Shown here: positions 46,094 to 56,872 of the stretch, one piece after another
How positions within the stretch are numbered: position 1 is the stretch's first letter
How the letters are laid out: each line of letters opens with the position of its first letter
NCBI GenBank assembly: GCA_963787175.1
Contig: CAWBCA010000017.1
Coordinates: 120,515 to 184,514 of the forward strand
Direction of reading: 5' to 3'
Origin: an uncultured Acidobacteriota bacterium
Lineage (GTDB): Bacteria; Acidobacteriota; Vicinamibacteria; Vicinamibacterales; 2-12-FULL-66-21
Length of the DNA stretch: 64,000 bases
Program-made: the position numbers and the translations under genes
Notes under the pieces: model-generated
Seen by the model: only the letters and a program-made list of their open reading frames with translations
Database searches by the model: none
What the model was told of the DNA's origin: nothing

Positions 46094-47872
46094 ATGAGAT
46101 ACGCCGCCCCGCTCGTCGCACTGCTGTTCGTCGCCGGAGGCACTGCGCCCAGGCCACAGCCGGCGGCGCCCGGACCCTCGTTCGACGTGTTCGAGGCCAG
46201 CATCGGCGAGCTGCAGGCGGCGATGACGGCCGGCCACACGACCTCGCACCAGATCGTGCAGCAGTACCTCACCCGCATCGCGACCTACGAAGACCTGCTC
46301 CACGCGGCGATCACGGTCAACCCCGGCGCCCTTGCCGACGCCGGCGCGCTCGACCGCGAGCGCGCGCGGGGGCGCGTTCGCGGGCCGCTCCACGGTATTC
46401 CGATCGCGCTCAAGGACAACATCCACACGACGACGATGCCGACGACGGGCGGTGCGCTGGTGTTCGTGGGCATGGTGCCGCCCTACGAGGCGACGCTGAC
46501 GAGGAATCTGCGCGACGCCGGCGCGGTGATCATCGCGAAAACCGGCATGACGGAGCTCGCCAACTACGTCGCGGTGGGCATGCCCACGAACTACAACGCG
46601 GTGCACGGGTACGGCTTCAACCCCTACGATCCGCGGCGCGACCCGCGGACGATCGCGGACGGGCGTCCAGTGATGGCGCCCGGGGGATCGAGCTCCGGGA
46701 TCGGCACCGCGGCGAACTTCTGGGCGGGCAACGTCGGCAGCGAAACCTCCGGATCGATCCTGAGCCCGTCGAACCAGAACATGCTCGCGGCAATCAAGCC
46801 GACGGTCGGCCGCATCAGCCGCTACGGCGTCATCCCGATCACGGCCGATCAGGATACCGCCGGTCCGATGGCGAAATACGTGATGGACGTGGCGACCATG
46901 TTCGGCGCGCTCGAGAGCGCGTCGCCCGATCCGAACGATCCAGCGACCAGAAGGTGCACGCCGCCGCCGGGTCGCGACTACACCAGGCTGCTGAGCGCCG
47001 ACGGCCTCACGGGGGCGCGCATCGGCATCCCGCGGGCCAACTACTACGAGCCGATCACGCTGCCGGGGTCCGATCGGGAGCGGGGCGGCTTGAATCCCGA
47101 CCAGAAAAAAGTGATGGCCGAGGCGATCGCCGCGCTGAAGGCGCAGGGCGCGATCCTCGTCGACGTCGACATCCCCAGCATCGTCTCTGCCGATCCGAAG
47201 GACAACCTGCTGCTCGCCGGGCAGTCGAGCGTCTTGAACTACGGGATGAAGCGCGACTTCAACAAGTGGCTGGCATCGCTCGGACCGGTGGCGCCGGTGA
47301 AGACGCTGACCGAGCTGCGCGAGTGGAACACCGCGAACGAGCGGAGGGGGACGATCAAGTACGGACAGTCGCAGCTCGACGCGTCGGACAGGATCGACCT
47401 CGAGAAGGATCGCGTGAAGTACGAGGAGGATCGCGCGCGCGACATCCGGCTCGGCGCCACGACCGGGATCGATGCCGGCCTGAAGGCGGACAACCTCCAC
47501 GCCCTGCTCTTCCCGGGGGCCTCGAGCGCCGGCATCGCGTCGAAGCCCGGCTATCCGACCGTCCTCGTGCCGTTCGGGATGATTCCCAACACCCCCGGCA
47601 GTTTGAGCGGGGGCGGAAGCCGCGGTCGGGGCAATGCGCCTCCTGCAGCGGCCGCCACCGCTCCGGTCGGGGAGGCCCCCTCCGCCACGCCCGCCGGATC
47701 GGGCCCCGACGCGACGCCGCCCGCCCCATTTCCGCCAGGATTCGAGCCGAAGCCTCAGCCCTACGGCGTCGCCTTCACAGGCACCGCGTGCAGCGAGCCA
47801 ACCCTCCTGCGCCTCGCTTATGCGTTCGAGCAGGCAACGAGGAGGCGGACCCCGCCTCCAGGCCTGCGCTGA
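46094..47872 (+). CDS. amidase-signature enzyme, secreted
   Basis: Start MRYAAPLVALLFVAGG is internal to ORF 45995..47872. PLHGIPIALKDNI. GGSSSGIGTAANFWAGNVGSETSGSILSPS. Intact, with a Pro/Ala/Gly-rich insert near the C-terminus. Confidence 0.85.
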   Translation: MRYAAPLVALLFVAGGTAPRPQPAAPGPSFDVFEASIGELQAAMTAGHTTSHQIVQQYLTRIATYEDLLHAAITVNPGALADAGALDRERARGRVRGPLHGIPIALKDNIHTTTMPTTGGALVFVGMVPPYEATLTRNLRDAGAVIIAKTGMTELANYVAVGMPTNYNAVHGYGFNPYDPRRDPRTIADGRPVMAPGGSSSGIGTAANFWAGNVGSETSGSILSPSNQNMLAAIKPTVGRISRYGVIPITADQDTAGPMAKYVMDVATMFGALESASPDPNDPATRRCTPPPGRDYTRLLSADGLTGARIGIPRANYYEPITLPGSDRERGGLNPDQKKVMAEAIAALKAQGAILVDVDIPSIVSADPKDNLLLAGQSSVLNYGMKRDFNKWLASLGPVAPVKTLTELREWNTANERRGTIKYGQSQLDASDRIDLEKDRVKYEEDRARDIRLGATTGIDAGLKADNLHALLFPGASSAGIASKPGYPTVLVPFGMIPNTPGSLSGGGSRGRGNAPPAAAATAPVGEAPSATPAGSGPDATPPAPFPPGFEPKPQPYGVAFTGTACSEPTLLRLAYAFEQATRRRTPPPGLR

Positions 47873-47885
47873 GCGATCGCACGGG

Positions 47886-48800
47886 CTACTGCTGCGCGGC
47901 GCAATACGCGTCTCTGGATGCCGTGCTGCTCAGCGGTGGCGCGTACAAGGCCGACGCTTTGAGCGTCAGGGCAATTGCTGCCGCGGATTGCTCGATCTCC
48001 TCCGCCACGAGCTGCCGGAAAAAAGGGGTCGGAGCCGTTACCAGGCGTACCGCGTTGTACCAGGCGCGCTCGCGCCAGCTGACGACGAGCAGAAGGAACG
48101 CGTCTGCGTCCAGTGTGGTGCCAGGCACGTCGGAATTCCTGATGGACGGGTCGAAACGCTGAGCCGCCTCGTCGAGTGCGGGACCGTGTGCTACCCGGTA
48201 CAGGATCTGGTTCACCTTGTCGTGATCAGGCTTGCGACTGGAGCCGTCCGGGTGCCTGAGTCCCAGTCGCTCGAGGACGAAGGGCAAGTCGCGGTTGATG
48301 TGGGCACTCATCCCGAGGAGCGTGTTTCCGCTTCCGGCGACTTCCCGGCGCTCGGCCGCCTCGAACGCAATGGCCCACGCCGGCGGGACTGGCCCGGAGC
48401 TGGCGTGCCACGCATCATAGGCGGTGAAGTAGTCGTCTGCGAACAACGCGTCCTCGCGGTTGACGTAGGGCGTGTCGGCGAAGAATGTCGGATCCGTGGC
48501 GACTGTGCGTCGGTACTCCTCAGTGGTTCGGAGGTACAGCAGCGCAAATACCGCGTCGTGATCGCAGCTCTGGGCCAGGTCGCGGAGCCGGTTGGTCATG
48601 TCGGTTACCACACCGTCCACGCATTGGAGGGTGCCCTTTACGCAGGGGGTGCGGGACGACCACAGCGGATCGGCAGCGCTCTGGGCCGTGTACACCGTGG
48701 AGTCCGCCCTGATGACGACCGGCGCCATGCAGATTGATGCCACGAGAACGGACGCGATTGGCGCCATCCGCCACGACCGGTGTGTCGCACATGTCATCAT
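47886..48800 (-). CDS. DUF5995-like hypothetical protein
   Basis: Intact ORF. LLGMSAHINRDLPFVL motif. The start overlaps the stop of the upstream GGDEF-EAL gene by 4 nt. Confidence 0.55.
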   Translation of the reverse strand: MMTCATHRSWRMAPIASVLVASICMAPVVIRADSTVYTAQSAADPLWSSRTPCVKGTLQCVDGVVTDMTNRLRDLAQSCDHDAVFALLYLRTTEEYRRTVATDPTFFADTPYVNREDALFADDYFTAYDAWHASSGPVPPAWAIAFEAAERREVAGSGNTLLGMSAHINRDLPFVLERLGLRHPDGSSRKPDHDKVNQILYRVAHGPALDEAAQRFDPSIRNSDVPGTTLDADAFLLLVVSWRERAWYNAVRLVTAPTPFFRQLVAEEIEQSAAAIALTLKASALYAPPLSSTASRDAYCAAQQ

Positions 48801-51008
48801 GTTGTCCTCCTCCCCGAGCCGCCTGGATCAGGCGCTCCATCGTGGTTCCGGCTCTCCCGCCGGCCGTGCCATGCGAGAAAGCCGGCACTGGACATCGGCT
48901 TCGCGAAATGAAAGCCCTGCGCCTGGTCGCACTCGAGATTTGTCAGCAACTCGCTGATCAGCTGACTTTCAACCCCTTCCGCCACGATGTCCAGGCTGAA
49001 GTTGTGCCCGAGCTCGATCGCCGCACGCACGATGGTGGCATCCCGTCCGTCGGTCGCCATGTCGCGGACGAACGACCGGTCGATCTTGATCGCCTGGACC
49101 TGCAGATTCTTGAGATACGCGAGGGAGGAGTAGCCTGTGCCGAAATCGTCGAGTGAGAACGCGATGCCAAGGCCATGCAGGAGGCCGATCGTCGTCATCG
49201 CACCCTCCGGGTCCTGCATGACGGCGCTCTCGGTGATTTCGAGCTCGAGCTGGCGCTCGTGAGTGCCGGACGCACGCAACGCCTGATCGATTACGTGGGG
49301 CAACTCGGCGTCGTGCAGCAGCGGCGCCGAGAGATTGACCGCCACCGGGATCTTCAGCCCCTGCGCCTGCCACGAACGGGAATCCTCGAGGGCGTGGCGG
49401 ATGACCCACGATGTGAGGGGCTTCACCAGGCCGGTGCTCTCGGCGACCGGGATGAACTTGCTTGGCGGAATGAGGCCGCGACTCGGGTGTTGCCAGCGCA
49501 CGAGACACTCGGCTCCCAGCGTGTCGCCGGTTCGCAGGCTGACCCGTGGCTGATAGTGCAGCACCAACTCGTCGGAGTGGATGGCGCGCTGCAATTCGGC
49601 GATGAACGTCAGAGACTCCAGCTGCTCCTGATCCATTGCTGGGTCGTACACGGCGATGCGGCCACCGAACCGTTTCGCGCGATACATCGCGATATCGGCT
49701 CTCCGCAGCAGGCTGGCCGGATCCGATCCGTGGTTGGGATGAACGGCAATCCCGACGCTGGCATTCAGCTTCAGCGGTACATGGTCGACCCGCAGCTCGT
49801 CCGCGAGCGTGGCCAGTGCCTTCCTGGTGATCTGCTCAGCCTCATCCACGTCCTTGAGGCCTGGCATGAGCAGCGCAAACTCGTCGCCGCCCAGCCGGGC
49901 GAGCGTGTCGCTCTCGCGGATCGAGGACCCAATCTGCGCCGCGACGTGACGCAGGACGCGGTCCCCTACCTCGTGCCCCAAGGTGTCGTTGACGTCCTTG
50001 AAACGGTCGAGGTCGAACAGCACAACGCCGACGAGATAGCCGTAACGGCGGGCGCCGGCCAGTGCCTGCTCGAACCTGTCCCACAACAGCGCGCGATTCG
50101 GCAGGCCGGTGAGTGGATCTTCCAGTGCCTGCCGCCGGATCCTGTCCTCGGTGTGTGCGCGGGTGATGGCGATGCTGGCGAGTCTGATACACCGTTCGAT
50201 GATCTTCGGCACGCGCGTGCCGAGCGGGAAAGACTCGTCCCTGGACAGCACGAACCAGCCCAGGTCGCTGTCGGTCAGGTTCGATCGAATCGGATGCTCG
50301 AGTTGCGTGAGATTCCGCGAACCGGCGTGCCGCTGCGGCGCGGACAACTGGTCCAGCGTCGGCGACAGGGTGTGCTCGACGGTGCCGTCGGGATTCGCGT
50401 GCACCAGCATCCAGGATGCGCGGAAGTCCTGCCCGGCCGCGAGATGGTCCGCTCCACCACGGCCGACCCTCCCGGTGCTGCTCGAGTCCGGCCGGAGTGG
50501 CAGACGCCACGACTCGCGCCGGGGCGCCGCTGTGGCGGGCCAGCAACCCGGCGATCGAGCCGAGGATGTGCGGCAGGGGTGCAGCCTGTGCGATGAGCTC
50601 GAGGATTGCCGTTTGCTCGGCGAGCAGTTCCTGGGCTTCGCGACGCGCGGTGACGTCGAACATCGTGCCGGCGTTTCCGACCATCTGACCGGACTCGGCG
50701 TAGCGAACACTCGCGCGGAGTTCGAGCCAACAGAACCCTCCATCAGCCATCCGATAGCGGCCTTCGTGATGGCAATAGGTCGCGCGGCCCGATACGACGG
50801 CGGTGAAGAGGTCGATGGTTCGCTGTCGTTCGTCTGGATGCACGTACTCCATGAAATTCCTGCCGAGGCTGTCCTTCACGGGAAAGCCGGTCACCCGTGT
50901 CCATGCCTGGTTGAGGTAGGTCCAGTTACCCTCGGGATCCGTCTGGAAGACAATCTCGTTCAGGCTGTCCAGCAGGTCGGCGGGATGGAGCGGCAGGTTG
51001 GTCTGCAT
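48797..51008 (-). CDS. PAS - GAF-like - GGDEF - EAL signalling protein, one apparent frameshift
   Basis: PAS segment NEIVFQTDPEGNWTYLNQAWTRVTGF. GGDEF segment DPLTGLPNRALL...RLGGDEFALLMPG. EAL segment LHYQPRV, EITESAVM, DDFGTGYSSLAYL, KIDRSFV, AEGVES. Frame change near 50480. Confidence 0.88.
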
Positions 51009-51519
51009 GATGATGAAGAAAGAGCCCCGTCGACATCAGCCACAGGACGCGCAGGCAGCCAACAGCAAACGGATAACCAACAGAAAGCGCCCACAGAATC
51101 GGCCGGTCAGGGCGGGCGGCGGAATGTCTGCGGCTCATGTCGTCGAATGACAGAGCGGGATTATGGCTCAGATGACAGAATGCTTCAGTCATCGCTCAGA
51201 CCAATCACTTCAAATCACTTGCGATGGCTCAGGAATGCCGGGATTCATGGGGCGGAACCGTGACTCCCTCTGCTGCAGCATCGAGAGATCGCGACAGGAA
51301 AAAGACCGCTCCTACCGACCGCCCGCAACGGTTGGAGGTTCATAAGAGCGTCTTGCCTGAAAGCAATTGATGAATCGCTCGACCAGTCGGCGGGTTCGAG
51401 GTCGTGTATTGGATCGAATCGCACCGTGTCAGGTTCGACCCGGATGCCGGCCAACCAGCCCGGTGGCTGGACTGATTCCTCGACTAGCCCCACAGCGGAC
51501 CGCGGACGCCTGATCCGCT

Positions 51520-51591
51520 GATCCCGGTCTCTGCCTTTGGGCTTTCGGCGGGATCCCGGCCGCAGATCACCACACATCCCGGATCCCGAAA
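51520..51591. repeat. heptad-family module in a long intergenic region
   Basis: CTCTGCC TTTGGGC TTTCGGC GGGATCC CGGCCGC ... CCCGGAT CCCGAAA. Shares TTTGGGC and GGGATCC words with the loci at 13.0, 15.0 and 16.0 kb. Confidence 0.55.
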
Positions 51592-51763
51592 CAGTGCGCG
51601 CTTTCGTCACACGACAACTTATCCCTGCGTTCACTTGTGTTGATGTAGGGCGGGGGCTTCCGCCTCCGCCTCCGCTACGGCGGACCACCGTAGCCTTGGC
51701 GAAGGTGGTTAGACCCCTCGCTCACGTTGCGCGGCTGCACCCGTGTAGAATCGCCTGGCCACT

Positions 51764-53992
51764 ATGCTTGCCACGATCGGCCACTACCGCTTGCTGTCGA
51801 AGCTCGGCGAAGGAGGAATGGGGGTGGTCTATGCCGCCGCCGATGAGCGACTGCACCGCCAGGTCGCCATCAAGACGGTGCGCGAGACCAGCCGGGATCC
51901 GCAGTCGCGGGAGCGCCTCTGGCGCGAGGCGCGGGCGGCCGCCAGCGTGTCTCACCCGAACGTCTGCCAGCTGTACGACGTCGGCGAGGAAAACGGGGAG
52001 CTCTTCATCGCGATGGAGCTGCTCGAGGGCGAGTCGCTCGGCACGCGGCTCGCCCGCGGGCCCATTCCGCTGGCCGAGAGCGGCGACATCACGCTCTCGA
52101 TGCTCTCCGCACTCGATGCGATCCACGCGCGCGGGCTCGTGCACCGCGACTTGAAACCGTCGAACATCTTTCTTACCGCGCACGGCGTGAAGCTGCTCGA
52201 CTTCGGCCTGGCCCGCGCCGTCGAGGAGGCCGGCGACCAGACTGGCGCCGGCATCACGATGGCCGGAACCGTCATGGGAACCCCACACTACATGTCGCCC
52301 GAGCAGATCACCGGCGATCCGCTGGACGGGCGATCCGATCTCTTCGCGGTCGGGGGCATCCTCTTCGAGGTCCTGGTAGGCGATCCGCCGTTCCCGGGGA
52401 AAACGACCGCTCAGGTCGTCCACGGCGTGATCTACGAGCAGCTCCCATCGCTGGGCGGCTCGCCTGCTCTGGCGGCCATCGATCGGGTCATTCATCGGGC
52501 CACGGCCAAGAGCCGGCCGACCGTTATCACGAGGCCGCCGCGATGGCACAGGACATTCGTGCGGCGCTGCGGCTGGCAGACTCCGGCGAAACCCCCACGG
52601 CCCGCAAGATGATGCGGCTCGTCGTGCTGCCGTTCCGGATGCTCCGGCCGGACCCCGAGGTCGACTTCCTCTCGTTCAGTCTCTCTGACGCGATCACCGC
52701 CTCGCTCGGCAGCCTCGAGTCGCTGGTGGTGTGCTCGAGCCTCGCCGCCGCCCGGTTCAACGCCGGTGCGCCCGACCTCAGTGCCCTCGCCACCGAGCTG
52801 GACGTCGATGCGGCGGTCACCGGCACCTTGCTCCGTGCGGGCCCGCAGGTGCGCGTGGCCGCGCAGCTCGTCGAGACGCGAGGCGGCCGGCTGCTCTGGT
52901 CCCAGACGGCGCAAGTGACCCTCAACGACGTCTTTCAGCTGCAGGACGATCTCACCCGGCAGATCGTCGAGTCGCTCTCGCTGCCGCTCTCCGCCCGCGA
53001 GCAGCGCCTGCTCTCGCATGACGCGCCGGCGAACGCCCGGTCCTACGAGTATTACCTGCGCGCGAACGAGCTGCGCCTCGGACCCGACGAGCTGGACGAT
53101 CGCGCGCGATCTCTACCAGCAGGCGGTCCAGCAGGATCCGACGTATGCGCCCGCGTGGGCGCGGCTCGCGCAGCTGCACCGCCGGATCGGCAAGCTTGGC
53201 GGGGGCGGCAGCGAGGACCTGGTGCGCGCCGAAGCCGCGCTGCAGCGCGCCCTCGAGTTGAATCCGGACCTGCCGCTGGCTCACAACCTGGCTGCGCAGA
53301 TGGACATCGATCGCGGACGCGCCCGCGATGCCATGACCAGGCTTCTCCGACAGGCAAGCCGCCGGAGCACCGATCCGGAGGTGTTCGCCGGACTCGTCTA
53401 CACCTGCCGATACTGCGGCCTGCTCGGCCCGTCTCTACGGGCAGATGCGCGGGCGCGCCGACTCGACCCCGCCGTCAAGACATCGGTCGTCCATACGTTG
53501 TGGATGTTGCGCGACTACGAGGAGGTGGTGTCGGGACGGCATGAGGGAGCGATTGTCGTGGCCTCCTCCCTGGTGGCGCTCGGCCGGGTGCCGGCAGCCC
53601 TGGAGTTCCTCGCCGGGGCGGAACAGAAAGTGCCCCCGATGGTTCGGCGAATCGTCGGCGCCGTGCGGGCACTGCTGGAAGACCGGCCGGCCGACGCAAT
53701 CGCCGCGATTCAGGCCATCGTGTCATCCGGTTTCCGCGATGCCGAAGGCCTTTACTATCTCGCACGGCAACTGGCCTATGCCGGGGCCCCCGAGGAGTGC
53801 GTCGCGGTCCTGAAGCGTGCCACAGGTGCGGGCTTCTTCTGCTATCCGGTGCTCGCGTCCGACGAGTGGCTCGATTCGGCACGCCACCTCCCGGAGTTCA
53901 CCGCCGTGCTCGAGGGTGCGAAGCAGGAGCACGATCTCGCGGTGGCGGCCTTTGCTGCGGCAGGCGGCGAACAGGTCCTTGGCATCGATTGA
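51764..53992 (+). CDS. Ser/Thr protein kinase - TolB-N-like - TPR (paralog of 27763..30058), two apparent frameshifts
   Basis: LGEGGMGVVYAA, VAIKTV, LVHRDLKPSNIFL, LLDFGLAR, GTPHYMSPEQ. Then MRLVVLPFRMLRPDPEVDFLSFSLSDAITASL...AVTGTLLRAGPQVRVAAQLVE. TPR part is in ORF 53018..53992. Confidence 0.88.
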
Positions 53993-54013
53993 GTCGCTCG
54001 CCGATCCATCCCA

Positions 54014-54629
54014 TCAAGCCCCGTCTTCGAGGACTCTCTGCACTGCCCTGACGAATACCCCGAACCGCCGGGTCGGGTGCCGCCGCCCGGTCCTGGTCAG
54101 CGACTCGAACATCGTCTGGCGGACGGCGCGTGACAGTTCGAGTTGGACCCCAGCCTTCGTCGTGCCTCGATTGCACAGGTTGGTTGGCTCGAGCCCCTGC
54201 AGTTTCCTGCTGGGGTGCTTTCGCACGTCGAAACCGTGTCGAGCCAGTTCGCCCCGGATCGCGGTGCCGACGATCGCTGTCGAGGCCACCTATGAACACG
54301 CCTTCGCCGTCTTCCGTGGAGTGTTCCCCGTGAAGAGTTACGACGACGTCGGTCTGACCGATCAGCGTAAGACACATCGGCTCGTCGAAGCGAGTGCTGG
54401 TGATATGCAAGCCGCCGTTGCCTGATGATTTCAGCCCTTCGAGCGTGTAGAAGGAGAACGCTCCCGCCCCGATCGCATCGGCAATCTCGGAGGTTCCCGG
54501 TACTATGCCGCCGCCATGAGGCGCGATCAGCGCGAAGTCGCGTCTTGCCCGCCGCACTGATATTGCATAGTCGACGCCGGCCTGCTCGTTGCGCGCGAGG
54601 GCGGCGAAGTTCGGATACTTGTCGGCCAT
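54014..54629 (-). CDS. DUF867 / poly-gamma-glutamate hydrolase-like protein, one apparent frameshift
   Basis: MADKYPNFAALARNEQAGVDYAISVR...ALIAPHGGGIVPGTSEIA...VVVTLHGEH. The C-terminal part is in ORF 54014..54289. Confidence 0.65.
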
Positions 54630-54636
54630 ACTGCGA

Positions 54637-56872
54637 TCAGCACGTCCACCGTGCGAGAATGCGGTCGAGATCGGAACGATTCAGCGGCTTGGTCATGTAG
54701 TCGCTCATGCCGGCGTCCAGGCACCGCTCGCGGTCGCCGGCCATCGCGTGGGCCGTCATCGCCACGATGTAGCAGGGCGGCAGATGGTGCTCGACTTCGA
54801 GCTGTCGAATCGCCCTCGTCGCCTCGAAGCCGTCCATGCCCGGCATCTGCACGTCCATGAAGATCAGTTCCAGCGCGCGGCTGAGGGCGGCGGCTGCGTA
54901 GGCGTCCACGGCCAGCTTGCCGTTGCCGACGGCAACAGGCCGCAGGCCGTGCTTGTGAAGCAGCCGCACCATGATCGTCGCATTCACGATGTTGTCTTCG
55001 GCGATCAACACCGGAGGTCCGGCGGCAGGTCCAGCGTGGGCCGAACAACCACGCTCGGCCCACGGAGCCGGGGCTGGTCGACGGGCCGGTGCCTCACCGG
55101 GATCGTGAACGAGAACGTCGTGCCGCGGCCCACCACTGACGTCACCTGCAGCGTGCCGCCCATCAGCTCGACGAGCGCGCGCGAGACGGTCAGGCCGAGG
55201 CCGGTTCCGCCGAAAGCGCGTGGTGGACGTATCGGCCTGCGAGAACGGCTGGAAGATGGCGTCCAGCTTGCCCGCGGCGATGCCGATGCCGGAGTCGGTC
55301 ACGACGCAGTAGAGCGCTGTCCGCGCGCCGGCCTCGCCGGCGTTCTCGGAAGGTCACCGTGATCCGCCCGCGCTGCGGCGTGAACTTCACGGCGTTGCCA
55401 ATGATGTTGAGCAGGACCTGGCCCCAGCCTGGTCTCGTCCGCAACAATCCGGCCGGACAGCCGCTCGTCCAATCATGCAGACATAGATCAGGTCTTTCTC
55501 GGCGATCTTCGGTGGAGGAGCTTGCCGAGGCGCCGGGTGAAGTCGCAGGAACTCGAAGGCACGCGGGTCGAGCACGACCCGGCCCGCCTCGATCTTCGAG
55601 AAATCCAGGATGTCGTTGATGACGACGAGCAGGCTCCGGCCGGACTGGATGATCGTTTCCAGGTCTTCGCGCTGCTCCGTCGTCAGGGCGGTCTCGCTCA
55701 TCAGGTCTGCCGTGGCGATGATGCCGTTCATCGGCGTCCGGATCTCATGGCTCATGTTGGCCAGGAACTCGCCCTTGATCCGGGCGGCGGCCTCCACTTC
55801 GAGAGCCCGCTGCTCCGCCAGTTCTTCAGCCCTCTTGCGCTGGCTGATGTCCGTCCGAATCGCGATGAACTGCGACGGCGTGCCGTCGTCCCCGAGAAAC
55901 GGCACGATCGTCGTGGCCACCCAGTAGATGCTCCCGTCCTTGGCGCGGTTGCGCAGCTCGCCCGACCAGATCGCTCCACCTCCGATCGTCGTCCAGAGGT
56001 CCCTCATGAAGGCCTTCGAGTGGTAGCCCGAGTTGAGGATGCGGTGATCCTGCCCGAGGAGCTCCTCCCGGGAGTATTTTGAAATGGCGCAGAACTTGTC
56101 GTTGGTGTAAGTGATCCTGCCCCGCGGATCGGTAACCGCGACGATGCTGTGCGAATCGAGTGCGAGCTGCCTGTCGGCGAGGTCCTTGAGTGCGCCGCGC
56201 AGCGCCGCCTCAGTGGCACGGCGTGCCTGAATCTCATCGCGCAGGGACGTGTTGGCCCTGATCAGATCCGTGGAGCGCTCCTCGACCAGCCGCTCGAGCT
56301 CGTCCTTCGACCGGAGCAGCACCGCCTCGGCCTGCTTCGCGTCGGTGATGTCGTACCCCAGCCCCTGCAGGAACACCGGATGCCCGGCATCGTCGCGGAC
56401 CAGCGTGATCTCGCCGCGAATCCAGACCACGTTCCCGGCCTTCGCGAGGAAGCGGTACTCGCCCTTGAAGTAGTCCCCGGTCGATACCGTGCGCGCGAAC
56501 TCATGGTTCCAGCGACGCTGATCCTCGGGATGGAGGCGCTGGTACCAGAGGATGGGATCCTCCACCCACTCCTTCGCGGTGTAGCCCAGCACGCGCTCGA
56601 TATGCGGGTTGACGTAGATCTCACTGCGGTCGCTCCCGAGCGAGGCAAGAAACGTGATCACCGGCAGTTTCTCGACCAGCGTCTGGTAGCGGAGCTCCGC
56701 CGCCCGCATGCGGTCCTGCACCGTGGCGGCTCGTCGCGGGGCGCCGGATCGACGGGATCCGGCGGCGCCGGTGGCGGGCAAGCCGGGCAGCGTAGGCCTG
56801 CGCCAGGAGGAGGAGCGAATCGAACGCCGGCAGCTGTGCGGGCAGGAGCTCGTCAGCCGCGTCGGCGCTCAT
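54637..56872 (-). CDS. hybrid sensor histidine kinase (PAS-PAS-HisKA-HATPase-REC), many apparent frameshifts
   Basis: PAS modules [13 protein letters not shown]... and [25 protein letters not shown]-box [17 protein letters not shown]-box [14 protein letters not shown]-box DSGIGI. Receiver [11 protein letters not shown]...[14 protein letters not shown]...TAHAMAGD...MSDYMTKP. A candidate ATG at 56872 overlaps the hhyL stop (ATGA). Confidence 0.85.

Noticed and set aside
51010-51519. Lower-GC part of the 750-nt intergenic region upstream of the GGDEF-EAL gene, considered for a small ORF (51163..51345) or sRNA.
   Set aside because: The ORF has no SD or homology-like features, and I could not define a conserved structure by eye. 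This remains only a candidate regulatory region.
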